Part shown: positions 1-12,899 of the stretch, piece after piece | How the letters are laid out: the number at the start of each line of letters is the position of its first letter | Numbering within the stretch: the first letter of the stretch is position 1 | Assembly: GCA_030704615.1 (NCBI GenBank) | Contig: CM060733.1 | Span: 6,448,001-6,512,000 of the forward strand | Length of the DNA stretch: 64,000 nt | DNA from: Takakia lepidozioides | Lineage: Eukaryota > Plantae > Bryophyta | Direction of reading: 5' to 3' | The notes under the pieces: model-generated | Told to the model about the DNA's origin: nothing | Seen by the model: only the letters and a program-made list of their open reading frames with translations | The model's database searches: none | Made by a program: the position numbers and the translations under genes

Positions 1-354
1 CCACAAAAACGATCTGACTACGCGCTAAGACCTCCGAAGAACTAACGTTATCAAGCCCCTGAAATGCAAGAAACAGAACGCAAACCCAGTACAAGCCGAC
101 CAGGGAAACCAGGCAAACAACAGGGAAACCAGCCGAAGAAAGGCAGTTCCAACCCAGGAGTAGCCACAGCACTGCCCCCCTGGAAGAAAACAAGCAGTGA
201 AAGGAGAACAGAAACCAAACAGGCCACTATGTACAGCAAACACAAGAGAGAATCATTGAGCCGAAAACACAGAGTCCAACCGAAGGACTCTAATGAACGC
301 TCGGTACCGTGGATCTTTTCAAAAAGCCACGCAAAAATGTTGATGCATACAAAT
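1..354 (-). repeat. Inverted copy of the phytocyanin 3' flank (reverse complement of about 5278-5631); runs off the window edge
   Basis: 1-11 CCACAAAAACG is the reverse complement of 5621-5631; near identity continues to TGATGCATACAAAT at 354 (reverse complement of 5278-5291). Related copies at 841-1132 (+) and about 8995-9242 (-). Confidence 0.9.
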
Positions 355-688
355 TGAAGGTTCAGTTTTCAAGTTGCTCATGGAGTTAGTACGTCTGTTT
401 CTTTGTATGTACAATAGTTCTCAAACTGATGAGACATACATTGCGTGGGGGTGTGGGGTGGATACGTGTGTGTGGGCAGTCTTCAACTATGTCTCGGGGG
501 CCCAGAATGTAATCCAGGTCACGGGGACAGGCTACGTGCGGTGCAACCCAAATTTCAAGTTGGCGGAATACACCACCAGTCCGACCACTGTGACCCTCAC
601 TCAACCAGGCTCCTACTTTTTCATCAGCGCACCACTGCCCGCGGATTGCAAACTGAACGGCGTGAAGGTGATGGTGACGGTCGTGTGA
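353..688 (+). pseudogene. Truncated phytocyanin duplicate (intron tail plus exon 2 at 480-688; no exon 1)
   Basis: 353-884 is near-identical to 4770-~5320. Exon 2 peptide is identical (FNYVSGAQNV...KVMVTVV), but the upstream sequence is replaced by the inverted repeat. Confidence 0.85.
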
Positions 689-1200
689 GGAGCGTCAACG
701 TGAAGCTCACCGGAGTGTACATGAATCAGGGGTGGGAGTTCTGTGGGGACCATTTCGGACGTATACCCTTTGTTGCAGGATTTCTATACGATTGTAATAA
801 ATTGTGATGGTGTCCACTCTCCGGTTTGTGTAGATGAGTTATTTGTATGCATCAACATTTTTGCACGGCTTTTTGAAAAGATCCACGGTACCGAGCGTTC
901 ATTAGAGTCCTTCGGTTTGGCTCCGGTGGACTCTGTGTTTTCGGCTCTGATTCTCTCTTGTGTTTGCTGTACATAGTGGGCTGGTTGGTTTCTGTTCTCC
1001 TTTCAGTGCTTGTTTTCTTCCAGGGGGCAGTGCTGAGGCTACTCCTGGGTTGGAACTTTCTTCGGATGGTTTCCTGTTGTTCGCCTGCTTGGCTTGTACT
1101 GGGTTTGCTTTCTGTTTCTTGGATTTCAGGGGCTGTCATTCCTCGGGCCGTGACATCCATGCAAGCTTGGTAAATCTTGCCATCTTGAAAATGTATATTC

Positions 1201-3487
1201 TGTAGACACAAACAGTAAACTATACAAGAGCAGTCCTGAAATCGATGCTGTAGCAGCTTCATGTAAAGTATATATACAATGAGAGTGCAGGGAGAAACAA
1301 CCCTCTTTGATGGATCTACCTACCAGTCCTAACTAACTACAAGGTACCTACGAAACCGTACGAAAAACGTAATGAACAGGTGCATAAAACGTCAACACCC
1401 CCCCCCCTTGCACCTGACCTCATTGCATCCTGAAGAAATCACATACCCCCCTTGTGTCTCCACTTCCTGGTCTTCCTAATCAAGTAGTTGAAGATCAAAA
1501 TCTGGCCATGGCTGAAAGGTCCAACTGCCGTGACTCCTTTAGGTCGCATGTGCCAAGTCAGTATAATCCCGGAGGGACTTTGTGATTGTGGCACGCCAAT
1601 GGAATGCAATGTCCAGACATAAAAGGAATTCGACGCTGTTGAATTGGCATAAAAATGCACGTAGCTTGTCAGCCCAAAGAATTCAGAGACGTTCCAAGAC
1701 TATTAGGTGTTGCTGACAAATCCACCATACTTAGCTTTTCCCTGAGTTTTGTAAACTGAATGCGACCCAAGGGTTTTGTCAAGATGTCTGCCATCTGTTC
1801 CTTTGTTGGAATGTATGCAAGCTCAGTTTTCCCATCTTTTGAGTCCCTCGAATGAAATGATGGGCAACGTCAATATGTTTCGTTCGATTGTGGAACACTG
1901 AGTTGAGGGCCATCTTGATGGAACTCTGGTTATCACAATTGATGAGCCTGGGTGCATCAACTCGTACCTTAATCTCGTTGAATAATCTTCGTAGCCAGAT
2001 AGCTTCGCATGTCGCCTCAGACAAAGCCATGTATTCAGCTTCTGTTGAGGACCTTGCCACACATCCTTGTTTCTTGCTGCTCCATGATATGGGTCATTTG
2101 CAAGGGTGAAAATGTACCCGGTGGTGGATTTGCGACCATCCAAATCTCCAGCATAGTCAGTATCGACAAAGCCACAAGAATTGGGCGCTTCCCCCTTCGA
2201 TAACAGATGACCAGATTCTGAGTCCCTTTTAGGTAGCTTAAGATGTGCTTGGCAGCATCAGAATGGGGACGTTGGGGAGCCTGCATATAGCGTGAAATAA
2301 GTCCCACAGCGTATGATATATCGAGTATGGGTAATGTGTAAGAGTTTCCCTACCATGCACCGATATTCAGCGGGATCCACAAGGGGTGCAGACATGTCGA
2401 GGGAAATCTTAGTCCCTTTTGGGAGAGGAACGGGTGAAGAATAACATTCTGCCAGACCTAAATCATCAAGGCATTTAAGAATGAACCTTTTGTGAGACAT
2501 TATGATGCCATAAGGTCGATGCAAGAACTCCACTCCTAGGTATTAATTGAGGTGACCTAGTAGGGATATGGCAAATCTCTTGGATAGTTGGTCACGTAGC
2601 CACTTGATCTTCAAAGAATGACTCCCGGTGATGAGGAGATCATCTACGTAAATGACCATGATAAGGATTTTCCCGTCTTCAAATATGTAGTATAAATTTG
2701 GATCAGATTGGCAATTTGTCATACCTTGTTCATGCAGGAAAGTATCAATTTTTCATACCATGCGCGGGATGCCTGCTTCAGGCCATAAAGAGCTTTGTGG
2801 AGTTTACAGACCTTGTGTTCAGAGCCAGTGACTTCAAATCCTTGAGGTTGGATGATGTAGACATCCTCCTTCAAGTCCCCATTGAGGAATGCGGTCTTGA
2901 TATCCATATGAAGAACATCCCAATCATTGCTAGCTGCAAGAGCCACCATGCTGCGAATTGTACTCCATTTTGCAACCGGGGTAAATGTCTCATCAAAATC
3001 AATACCTGCTTGTTGTTCATATCCTTTTGCTACTAGCCTTGCTTTAAGTTTGATAGGTTGACCATCAGAATTGAATAGCATGAAACAAGAAAAGACAGAA
3101 GAAATGTGGTGAACTTTGTGAGAAGAGAAAACTACAATGGAGGAGTTGAACCCGCTCTCCAAATGACACTCTCTAAATGACAACGTACAATATTCCACGA
3201 GCTAAGCTCAGTGACAACTTTCTCAAATGGTGAACATGCAATATTCTCGGAGCTCAAGCTCACGAGTCTGGGCAGCCTTGCTCTGATACCATGTAGACAC
3301 AAACAGTAAACTATACAAGAGCAGTCCTGAAATCGATGTTGTCAGCTTCATGCAATGTATATATACACTGAGAGTGCAGGGAGAAACAACCTTCTTTGAT
3401 CGATCTACCTACCTGTCCTAAACTAACTACAAGGTACCTACGAAACCGTATGAAAAACGTAATGAACAGGTGCATAAAATGTCAACA
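1201..3487 (-). mobile_element. Internally deleted Ty1/Copia LTR retrotransposon (RT/RNase H remnants only)
   Basis: LTRs 1201-1397 and 3292-3487 (TG...CA, about 95% identical by eye). PBS TGGTATCAGAGC (tRNA-Met) at 3280-3291 (-). G-run PPT from 1398. TSD TATTC/CATTC. Copia motifs KARLVAKGY, MDIKTAFLNG, KALYGLKQA, SSTEAEY and RTKHIDV occur in broken frames. No gag, PR or IN. Confidence 0.95.
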
Positions 3488-3828
3488 CATTCCACGTGAT
3501 CAAACCTCACTCAGGCATCGTCAGTTCGACTACTTTCTTCATACTTGTGCTCATCATGCTGCTAAGAACAAGATCAATGGCATTCCCCATGCTTCTATCT
3601 TCGTAGCTTTCTATAGACAACGGTTTCCGTAGCACTACAGAGGGCACAGGCTATGTCCATCTTGCATGGGGCTAGTGTCATCTTCCTGCTCTTCCCGATG
3701 TCACACCCATTTCTTTATCCGATGCCATTCAGGCAGTTGGATGGGATAATCATTCGGTTTGATTAGCTTGATATGCTTTCTTTTTCATTTCTTTATGTTA
3801 ACTCTTCCCTTGCTATGGGAACTTGCTG

Positions 3829-4038
3829 GGGGGCAGCGATCGCCCACAAAATATCTGGATAAGCGTCGAATATTCGTTAGGTGAGAAATAACATATTCTG
3901 TTACAGAACAACGGATATCCAGCACTATTCTTAGAGTACAGCTCATATTTTCCTGTTGGATCGAACAGAATATAGTATTATAGTGAATATTCGACGCTCG
4001 TCCAATCTCCGGATATTTTGTGGGCGATCGCTGCCCCC
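3829..4038. mobile_element. MITE-like element with 27-bp perfect terminal inverted repeats
   Basis: GGGGGCAGCGATCGCCCACAAAATATC at 3829-3855 and its reverse complement at 4012-4038, with an inner IR AGCGTCGAATATTC. No clear TSD. Confidence 0.7.
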
Positions 4039-4079
4039 GAGAGAGTGCAGTCCGCAGTGCGCAGCAGCGATGGAGGGAA

Positions 4080-4085
4080 TATAAA
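4080..4085 (+). promoter_or_regulatory. Putative TATA box of the phytocyanin gene
   Basis: TATAAA followed by a CT-rich leader and a probable 5'UTR intron (GT 4215 to AG 4460) upstream of ATG 4518. Confidence 0.5.
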
Positions 4086-4517
4086 GCGCTGCAGCAAAAC
4101 TGCTTCTCCCATCCTGCCCTTCCTCCTTCCTACTCCCACCTCCTCCTGCACCGCCGCCTTCTTGTGACCAACATTTTTCGGAGGTTGCTGAGCAGCTTCA
4201 ATCGATCCTGCCAGGTGAGTTCATTAGGTCGCTAGGTTGCTGATCAGATGCATGCCATAGATCTACTGTCTTTCTGCGTCTCTATCCCTCCCCGGACGAG
4301 CTCCGGACGTCCCAAGAATCTCCCTAATCTATCTCCCTTCTAGGCTCCATGATGATCTCCCTGGAAAGTTTGGTATGATGTTTTCGAGTATCTCCATTCA
4401 CATGTGAGCAATCTTTTTTGCTCAGAACTTCATTGCATCTTTGATTATTGCGTTGATCAGGTGCCTTGTTTGTGCTGAAATGAGTATTGAGGGTGGTGCA
4501 GGAGGTGCAGTGCTTCA

Positions 4518-5127
4518 ATGGAATCTGTCATCAAGATGGCCATGCTGGTGACCGCAGCGATGCTGCTGCTGCTGCCGGGGGCTACTGCACTGACGTACGA
4601 AGTGGGTGGTCCCCTAGGCTGGACTATCCCACCCGATGGTCCGAATACCGATTACTATGACGTCTGGGCCAGCGGCTACACCTTCAGGGTGGGAGACAGT
4701 CTCGGTAAACCCTGATCGCATGCTGCATGCATTCCAAGTTCGGGCCATGGTAGAGTGACGACAACATAGATTGAAGGTTCAGTTTTCAAGTTGCTCATGG
4801 AGTTAGTACGTCGGTGCGCAACAGGATTTGAAACTGCTTCTTTGTATGTACAATAGTTCTCAAACTGATGAGACATACATTGCGTGGGGGTGTGGGGTGG
4901 ATACGTGTGTGTGGGCAGTCTTCAACTATGTCTCGGGGGCCCAGAATGTAATCCAGGTCACGGGGACAGGCTACGTGCGGTGCAACCCAAATTTCAAGTT
5001 GGCGGAATACACCACCAGTCCGACCACTGTGACCCTCACTCAACCAGGCTCCTACTTTTTCATCAGCGCACCACTGCCCGCGGATTGCAAACTGAACGGC
5101 GTGAAGGTGATGGTGACTGTCGTGTGA
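4518..5127 (+). CDS. Phytocyanin (plastocyanin-like domain) protein, early-nodulin-like type, 131 aa; exons 4518-4704 and 4919-5127
   Basis: Signal peptide, then YEVGGPLGW...WASGYTFRVGDSL|VFNY...NVIQV...Y..C...G.YFFI...C. The GT-AG phase-1 intron splices in frame, and the disulfide Cys pair is retained. Confidence 0.9.
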
Positions 5128-7449
5128 GGAGCGTCAACGTGAAGCTCACCGGAGTGTACATGAATCAGGGGTGGGAGTTCTGTGGGGACCATTTCGGACA
5201 TACCCTTTGTTGCAGGATTTCTATACGATTTTAATAAATTGTGATGGTGTCCACTCTCTGGTTTGTGTAGATGAGTTATTTGTATGCATCAACATTTTTG
5301 CACGGCTTTTTGAAAAGATCCACGGTACCGAGCGTTCATTAGAGTCCTTCGGTTGGACTCTGTGTTTTCGGCTCAATGATTCTCTCTTGTGTTTACTGTA
5401 CATAGTGGCCTGTTTGGTTTCTGTTCTCCTTTCACTGCTTGTTTACTTCCAGGGGGGCAGTGCTGTGGCTACTCCTGGGTTGGAACTGCCTTTCTTCGGC
5501 TGGTTTCCCTGTTGTTTGCCTGGTTTCCCTGGTCGGCTTGTACTGGGTTTGCGTTCTGTTTCTTGCATTTCAGGGGCTTGATAGCGTTAGCTCTTCGGAG
5601 GTCTTAGCGCGTAGTCAGATCGTTTTTGTGGTGCAGTCGTGTAAATCGGGCAGATGCCTCGTCGCTTTGTACTTGCCTTCATGGCTCTTGGCTGTTGTCT
5701 TTTCCTTTGTTGTGAATGCAAATTGAGGGCTGCTCATTTCCCCTAATTTAAAAGAATTTTAAAAGGCTTTTAAGAGTAAAAGCCGCAACATGTATCTAGC
5801 TGAAATTCTATCCCTTTGGAACAGAGATTGAATGCAGTCTTCTGCTGCTCTGAACTGGGCAGTGGGTACCCTCCCAATGAGTTGCTTATATTCTTCAGGT
5901 TGATTTTGTACCCTGATCTAGATCATAACATATGCACATGACATAGGTAACCTGCAACATTTGTTCATTCTATCAATTGAAATATTGGGTAGGACAGTGA
6001 GATTCAGTATACACTACGCACGCGCTCAACCTGAAATCCATCTGCATGTCTGGTGCATAATAGATTTTCATTCGGATAGCAGAAGGAAGTTCTGCAATCT
6101 ACAGGAGGCCTTCCTGCTTCAAGCTCCACTCCAGAACCTGACGCATCGTTCCGCATAACGTAACCACTACTTAAATGCTATTCACGCATTAATGACTTCT
6201 CTGTACATTAGACTCATGGGCTGACTTCCCACGTATGTTGCGTTACAGACTCCACTACCAGTTGGCTATTGGAAGGTTGATATGCCACAGCAAATGCGTT
6301 TATGGGTCAATATTGAGTCTCAGGAAATGGTGGATGACCTGAGTAGCTACGCAGATCCATAAATAAAACAAGACGTGTACTGACACCCTTCCAAAAACAC
6401 ACCTTCACCACTAATCCCCACAAACCCCATGATCTTCCAAGTGGTTACCGTCCGGGACCACAATTGCTCGGCGGATAATCTTCGAGATGAACTTGGTGGA
6501 GATCATGTAGCAGTCACCACACACCCAGAGTGACGATACGGAGTGGCGTCTCAGGGGCGAATTCTAGAAGCTGATCAGCCCAAAACCCAATTGCCAGATT
6601 CTCACTGACCAGTGGCAAAGAGAAAATTCCTTATGCTCCCCCACATCATGCAATTGATATTGAGCGTGTATCAGGCCCTTCTAAATACACGCTACAGTAG
6701 TGAGAAAATGTAGAAGGCAAGCAAGGATCAGTTCGCCAGAGGATCAGTCACAAGTATTAAAGCTAGACGTTAATAAAGCAGCAGCCATTAGCTTATTACT
6801 CATGGCTATGGTGCTCCGCAGTGACTGACCAGTAACTGTCATCCTGCTTACCTAAGCTGGTATGAGCGTACTACAGTGCTGCCGTGTGCAAGCTTCACAG
6901 TTATGCGTGATCCTTTAAGCTGGATGATCGTTTGGTCCCAGGTATAGAGCAGCTGTTGCAATCGTTTCTTGCATCGGGGTTGCAACTACACGGACCAAAA
7001 CACATGTGTCTGCCTCACTCACTCAGTCTGGCGGTGATGGCCATGGAGCTGAAATCGGCATCCCCCTTGGCAATGGGCGTTGACGGAGTCCCTTACATGA
7101 GGGGGCTATGGCGCAATATTCCGGGATGCCATTCAAACTAGGTGATAAGACGAAACACTTCGTGGTTTCCTTTTCTCGGGTATGCGCCGTAAGATCCAGG
7201 CTCGGAATTGTGTTCTGCGCAATCAGCTCCAAAATCTCCAGACTACAGACATAAGTTGATTTAGCATCTGTGTAAGTTTCCAGGACATGTTCATTTGTTC
7301 CTCTGTAGAGTCCAATGGAGCCCAAAGTGACGTGCATTCATGAATGTTATTGAAAGCTCACTAGCACTCCTCCATAAAGGAACCGTCAAAGTGTTGGTGC
7401 TATGTAGGTTTTGGGCACGAAGGTCTACCGTCGAGCATGGAGCGGTGCT

Positions 7450-10400
7450 GCCATCAGTTTTCCAAAGATCCTTCACATCGTTGGGACAGCCGCATAGGAA
7501 GGTTTGGCTTTCTTAATGTACCATGCACGAAGAAGTTTGTCTGTTCAGCAAATGTGGGCTCTTCCTGGACATCAGTACCATGATTTGGTTCTTTTCCTGG
7601 TGTTTCCAAGCTACTTTGTCTTTGGAGGCCGTGCTTTAAAATCCATGGCTGCTCAGCTGCACCGGGGTGGTTCTCACATACCATTGATCCAAGATCACCC
7701 GACTACAGACACAAGCAGCACGTGCCCAAAAGGTCCAAGTTTTGCCCAGGTGGATGGCTGGTTGAATCGTCCATGGGCGTTCAGAAGAAAGCTAGCTGCT
7801 TTCGTTGCAACCTCCCCTCGTCTCTTTTGTCAACTGATCGATCAGCAGCTTCCTCGCCCTCACAACTGCATTAATACTATGGGAGCAGTGTCCATGTGCA
7901 CTCAAATTACCACAGCAATGCAAGAGGAACTTATCATACAAGAACAAGGACAATGTGGCACTGAGGGCACCTTCTTCAACACATTTCAATCTCCTGTTTT
8001 GCTCTCTCATTATTGAAGTCGCCCCTAAATTTTCATGTTGAAATATGCAAGTTAGCTCGTTGGGTGGGTCTCTTCTGGTTTGTCAAAGTTATTTTCACAT
8101 GTTACTGCCAATGTGAAAACAGGGAAATATCCAAAAACATTTGTCAGGGACGAGGCGTCTAAGCTTTAGAAGTAACATTTGAGTATTTTTTGGACCCTAG
8201 TCAAATGGTGGGACAATCGGGGCAAAAAGGTGAATGCCTGTTATCTAGATTAAAAAGAGAAACAGACTTGTAACAAGATGCATCACAAAGCTTTCGTGGA
8301 GATTGTCATCCTCTCTCTCAAGTCCCAGTTTAAAGTCTTGGGAGAAATTCACACTAGTTCCGGTGTTGCCTAGAACAAATTTAGGCTGTCGTTGTCAACT
8401 GCCAGGGAAGGAGTGTCGGTCCAGGTTCATCTGAGGGCTGGATTTCAAGCACAACGTACGCTACCTATGATTCCCTGCGGAATGATGGCTACAAGAAACA
8501 GGTTGCATCATGGGTAGATGGTCAACTGGAAGCAGCTGCAGCACCAAGTGATGAAATCAGGCACCTCCACCACATGTGAGCTTCCGAAAGAGGACCAAGA
8601 GAAGGAGTTCACAACATTTGCATCTTTTACCACTTCTGGGAAGGGCAACTGACAGAGGCTCTACTGCAGACTTTTAACCAAGGAGGCATTTCAGCTCTGG
8701 ATTCAGATGCTTACATCTGTCACTTGCATTAGTCCATCAAGATCAAAGGCCTCGAAGCTGGACCTGTAGCAGGTGCATGCTTACATCATCGAAAGTGGAT
8801 TCATGCCATTGAACGTTTTTCTAAACAACACCCAAGTTGGACATCATCATGTATGTAAAGTGCTGGAGCATCGTGGATGCACACCAAGTGCTTACTAAAA
8901 TGCCTGAGTGAGGTTTGATCACGTGGAATATACATTTTCAAGATGGCAAGATTTACCAAGCTTGCATGGATGTCACGGCCCGACGAATGACAGCCCCTGA
9001 AATCCAAGAAACAGAAAGCAAACCCAGTACAAGCCAAGCAGGCAACAGGTAACCATCCGAAGAAAGGCAGTTCCAACCCAGGAGTAGCCACAGCACTGCC
9101 CCCCTGGAAGAAAACAAGCACTGAAAGGAGAACAGAAACCAAACAGCCCACTATGTACAGCAAACACAAGAGAGAATCAGAGCCGAAAACACAGAGTCCA
9201 CCGGAGCCAAACCGAAGGACTCTAATGAACGCTCGGTACCGTAACGGGGCCGCTTTGGTTCCTCGCAAATGAGCATCGAATTGGAGGGAGTCTCTATAGA
9301 AACAGAGAAGGAGTACACGCTCTGTATGCTTGGCTGTACCCTGTTCCCAGCGAAAGAGGTTATTGCAGTGAAACTTCCCCTACTAACCTGCTGATAATTC
9401 TAGCCTGAAACGAATGTACTCTGGGTGAAGAAGCAAGAAAGCGCATGGAGCATGGAACAGGCGTTGGCAGGAGTTGTTTGAAGATACTTCACAATGGTGG
9501 GACAGTAGCCTTGACAAGGTGAGCTTTGTGTAGGAGTTTGACTGAACTCTGGTATAATCGTATTGTGTGGACTGGTGAGTGAAGTCAGAATTTCGCTTTG
9601 CTGTCTGTATCGAGGTTGTTCTTCCTGAGCAGGTAGGTCACACACCGACCTCAGAGGGAGATCAAACATGTTGGATGCTTTGGAATGAACACTTTTCCGA
9701 CCCCAGTCAATGGTGGGACAATGGAGACAAAAAGGTGAATGCCTGTTGGACTACAGAGAGAAGCAGATGCATTTCAGAATCGGAACTAATGTAATAAGTA
9801 GGGTTGGGGTGTTTGCTGGAAGAACTTCAAGCCGTCAGCAGCTGCTAGCAGCAAGACTGAGGTTGTATTCACAGGCAGGGATAGCTGAAGGACCAGGGAT
9901 AGAGGTCCAGATTCATCCAAGAGGGCCAGAGACATGTATGCCAAATGTGGGTGCATTGAGGATGCGAAGGGAGTTTTCAACACTATGGCTGAACAAGATG
10001 TGGTGTCGTGGCACGCGATGCTTGCAGGGTATGCACAGCAGGGATGTGGGATGGTGGCTTTTGAGACCTATGATCAAATGATGGGGAAGGGGTGAAGCCC
10101 AACCACATGACATTTGTGGGTATTTGCAATGTATGTGCAAGCCTGGCAGCCCTGGAAAAGGGCAAAGAGGTGCATGGTTGCATCGCGAAAGCTGGAATTG
10201 TACCAGATGTCATTCTGAACAATACCCTCGCGGACATGTATGCCAAATGTGGGAGGCATTTCAGCAGATTCAGATATGTTTGTCTGTCTCTTGCTTAAGT
10301 GCATCAAGATGAAAGGTGTGGAAGCTGGAAAGCAGGTGCACACTCACATTATCCAAAGTGGATTCACTCCAATTGTTTTTCTCCTCAACACCCTTGTCAA

Positions 10401-10900
10401 CATGTATGTTAAGTGCGGGAGCATCATGGATGCTCACCAAGTGTTCAACCGAATGCCTCATGCCTCAACGATCGATCTTTGATCACGTGGAATATAATGT
10501 TGGCAGGATTTACCAAGCATGGGTGTGGTAGGAATGCTATGGAGACCTATGAGCAAATGCTGCATGAAGGGGTGAAGCCCAACCACATCACATTTGTTTG
10601 TGTTTGCAATGCGTGTGCAAGCCTGGGAGCTCTGGAAAACGGGAAAGAGGTCCATGGTGACATCGTCAAAGCTGGAATTGTACCAGATGTCATTCTGAAC
10701 ACTGCCCTGGTGGACATGTATGCCAAATGCGGGTGCATTGAGGATGCGAAGGCAGTTTTCAACACTATGGCTGAACGAGTTGTGGCACGCGATGCTTGCA
10801 GGGTATGCACAGCAGGGATGTGGGATGGTGGCTTTGGAGACCTATGATCGAATGATGGGGAAAGGGGTGAAGCCCAACCACATCACATTTGTTAAAAGCA
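7450..10900 (+). pseudogene. Decayed PDF-motif (OSB-type) plus PLS-class PPR gene relic(s), copy A
   Basis: PDF half-motifs at ~7455-7500 (KDPSHRWDSR), ~7695-7780 (SPDYRHK..VDGWLNRPW), ~8180-8230 (DPSQ/WWDNRGKK), ~8435 (LDFKH) and 9675-9735 (LWNEHFSDPSQWWDNGDKK). PLS PPR repeats at ~8700-8970 and 9935-10900 (ITWNIMLAGFTKHG...GKEVH...LVDMYAKCG), with frameshifts and stops. Confidence 0.75.
8900..9242 (-). repeat. Inverted paralog of 885-1200 + 3493-3518 (pre-insertion, empty site of the Copia element)
   Basis: The reverse complement reads ...AAATGTATATTCCACGTGATCAAACC..., joining both Copia flanks with a single TATTC (8926-8930). Confidence 0.9.
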
Positions 10901-11244
10901 TGAGATCGATTCCGGCATTGTTCCTTCAGCCCCCTAGCTTGCGGTAGGTGGACACACATGTCTGTTTTGATGTGCTGTGAAACACTGTCAGGAAATAAAG
11001 GGCACCGAAAAAAAGAGTGAGGGTGAGGTTACCAAAGGACTGTAAAGTGATATCAAATTTGCTTGTGACATCACAAATAGCTCGGAAGTAGAGACTATCA
11101 AAGTAATCATGTGCCGTGTTAACCCTATTACAAAGGAAGGTAGAAATAGAGAAGAATCTAGTGGATGGGTGCACTGCCAGGAGGTATAGTGCCTGAACGA
11201 TTTTTTTTTCTAATTATGTCACCTGAATTAGGGGCCATGACAAT

Positions 11245-11995
11245 TTGCAGTCAGTTACTGGATTTGGGGTGAGATATACAACCTGTCCCATTCCTTGAAT
11301 AATGATCAGCATGCCATACTATGAGAATGTACTGGGTACTTTTTTTGCATGTGTGATCCTTACAATGTGACTGTGGACCCCAATGGAGATCCTTTACCAG
11401 AAAGTTATCCGGGAGGCCTTATGTGCTGCTCAGATGGGAAGCGTTGTGCTGTGAAGGAGGGCTTTGAAGGTGATGAGCTTGAGATGACCACTCTACCTAC
11501 AGGTGAACTGCTTCACTGTTATCACTTCGTTTTCAGTGAGCAACTGCCCTTTATTGACAGAATTGGAAACCTTCAGCTGCAGATAGTGAGTTTTTTGAAG
11601 TGGGGGGCCTTGGGTGCTGTGGCTGTCCATCTTTTTGCTCCGCCGGCATATAGCCTTTGAAGTGGCTTGTTGTTTTTACCTTAATGCAAGTTTAGCTATT
11701 GATGATGAGGTGAGGAGTTGAGATGGTATGTGTATATCCCATATAAGTCCGGTTTTCATTTCCTGACAAAATATGGAAGTGCTGTATGGTGTAGTACACA
11801 TGGGAATATTATTCCCGGGATGATTGTGTTGAGCCCCTGTCAGAAATGGGCATCAACGTAACCAACCAGTTCACCAACTATGCCATCAACCAGTTTGAGT
11901 ACACTGTTGAGGGATGCAACATTGATCCCTCTCCTCAGGAATGTATAGATACACGTGAGAATATACTAGCTGCCCCCTTTGGAGGTGATTTGATC
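11245..11995 (+). pseudogene. Stress up-regulated Nod19 (SURNod19)-like exon remnants
   Basis: CDPYNVTVDPNGDPLPESYPGGLMCCSDGKRCAVKEGF and EYTVEGC...CIDTRE...FGGDLI resemble SURNod19 blocks as recalled. No complete gene could be built. Confidence 0.6.
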
Positions 11996-12899
11996 TTGAC
12001 CTCACATGCTGCCGATCTGTTGTGTCTCATTGCTTTTGTGTGGTATTTTATGGATGAGAGCTGAGGAATTTGTTTCAGAAATTGAGAGAAAATGGGGGTG
12101 GGAGAAAAAAAAGACACGGGTTCTGCTTAGATTCGGGTTATTATTTTAAAATTTTAAGTATTAATTTAATTATTTTATCAGTCTGGAAAATAAGACAAAC
12201 TCCTTGGTCACATTGAATGATCAGGAATTTCAACCAAATGCCATGGATTGTATCAGTTTTCGTAAAATAGAAATACACTCAGGGCTTATATCAAAGCGTG
12301 TTCACAATTCCCCTCCTCTGTAAAGGGCATGAGCGGTGAGCTGTTGCTCCCTGTGGAAAAGATGTGGATACTTTCAGTAACCATGTTATCTTATATGAAA
12401 AGGTAAATACCTTCGCGAAATGCGGGAGATGATCAACCTTAATTCTTCTCTAAAGTAAGGTTTAGTAGCTCTCGATTCCCAGCAATTGCATGCTTCTCAT
12501 GCATCACAGGGAGCATGACTCAGCACAACACACCAATCCAAGGCTTGACACGGTGTAAGGTCCTTTGACCACATTTTCTCCCTTCACTTCAACATGATGA
12601 GTAGTCATTCTCATAAAACTTGAATATAGTCCATCTATCGGATGTTGTTCTCAGAAGTCGTTGCTACTAGTGCGGAGCAACGCGAAGCCCTAGTTCCAGT
12701 GACGAACGAAGGTCGGAAGCTAGTTTAGCGTAGAGCAGGAATAGGGTGCCATAGTGCCACGTCATCGTCACCATGTCATCATCGCCACGTTTCGTAAACA
12801 CGTCATCATCGTCAATTTCCTTGGAACCTGCCCAAAATGAAAATAACCGGAAGAGGAAGAGGCGCGTCTTGCAGCGCGGAGGGAGACATTTGCAGATTA

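Noticed and set aside
25-1262. ORFs of 64-136 aa in the repeat arms (also at 5171-5726 and 8801-9268)
   Set aside because: Frames are not conserved between repeat copies because of indels; this is non-coding repeat sequence.
5750-7440. Short ORFs between the phytocyanin gene and the PDF relic
   Set aside because: No recognisable motifs or consistent splice pattern; left unannotated.
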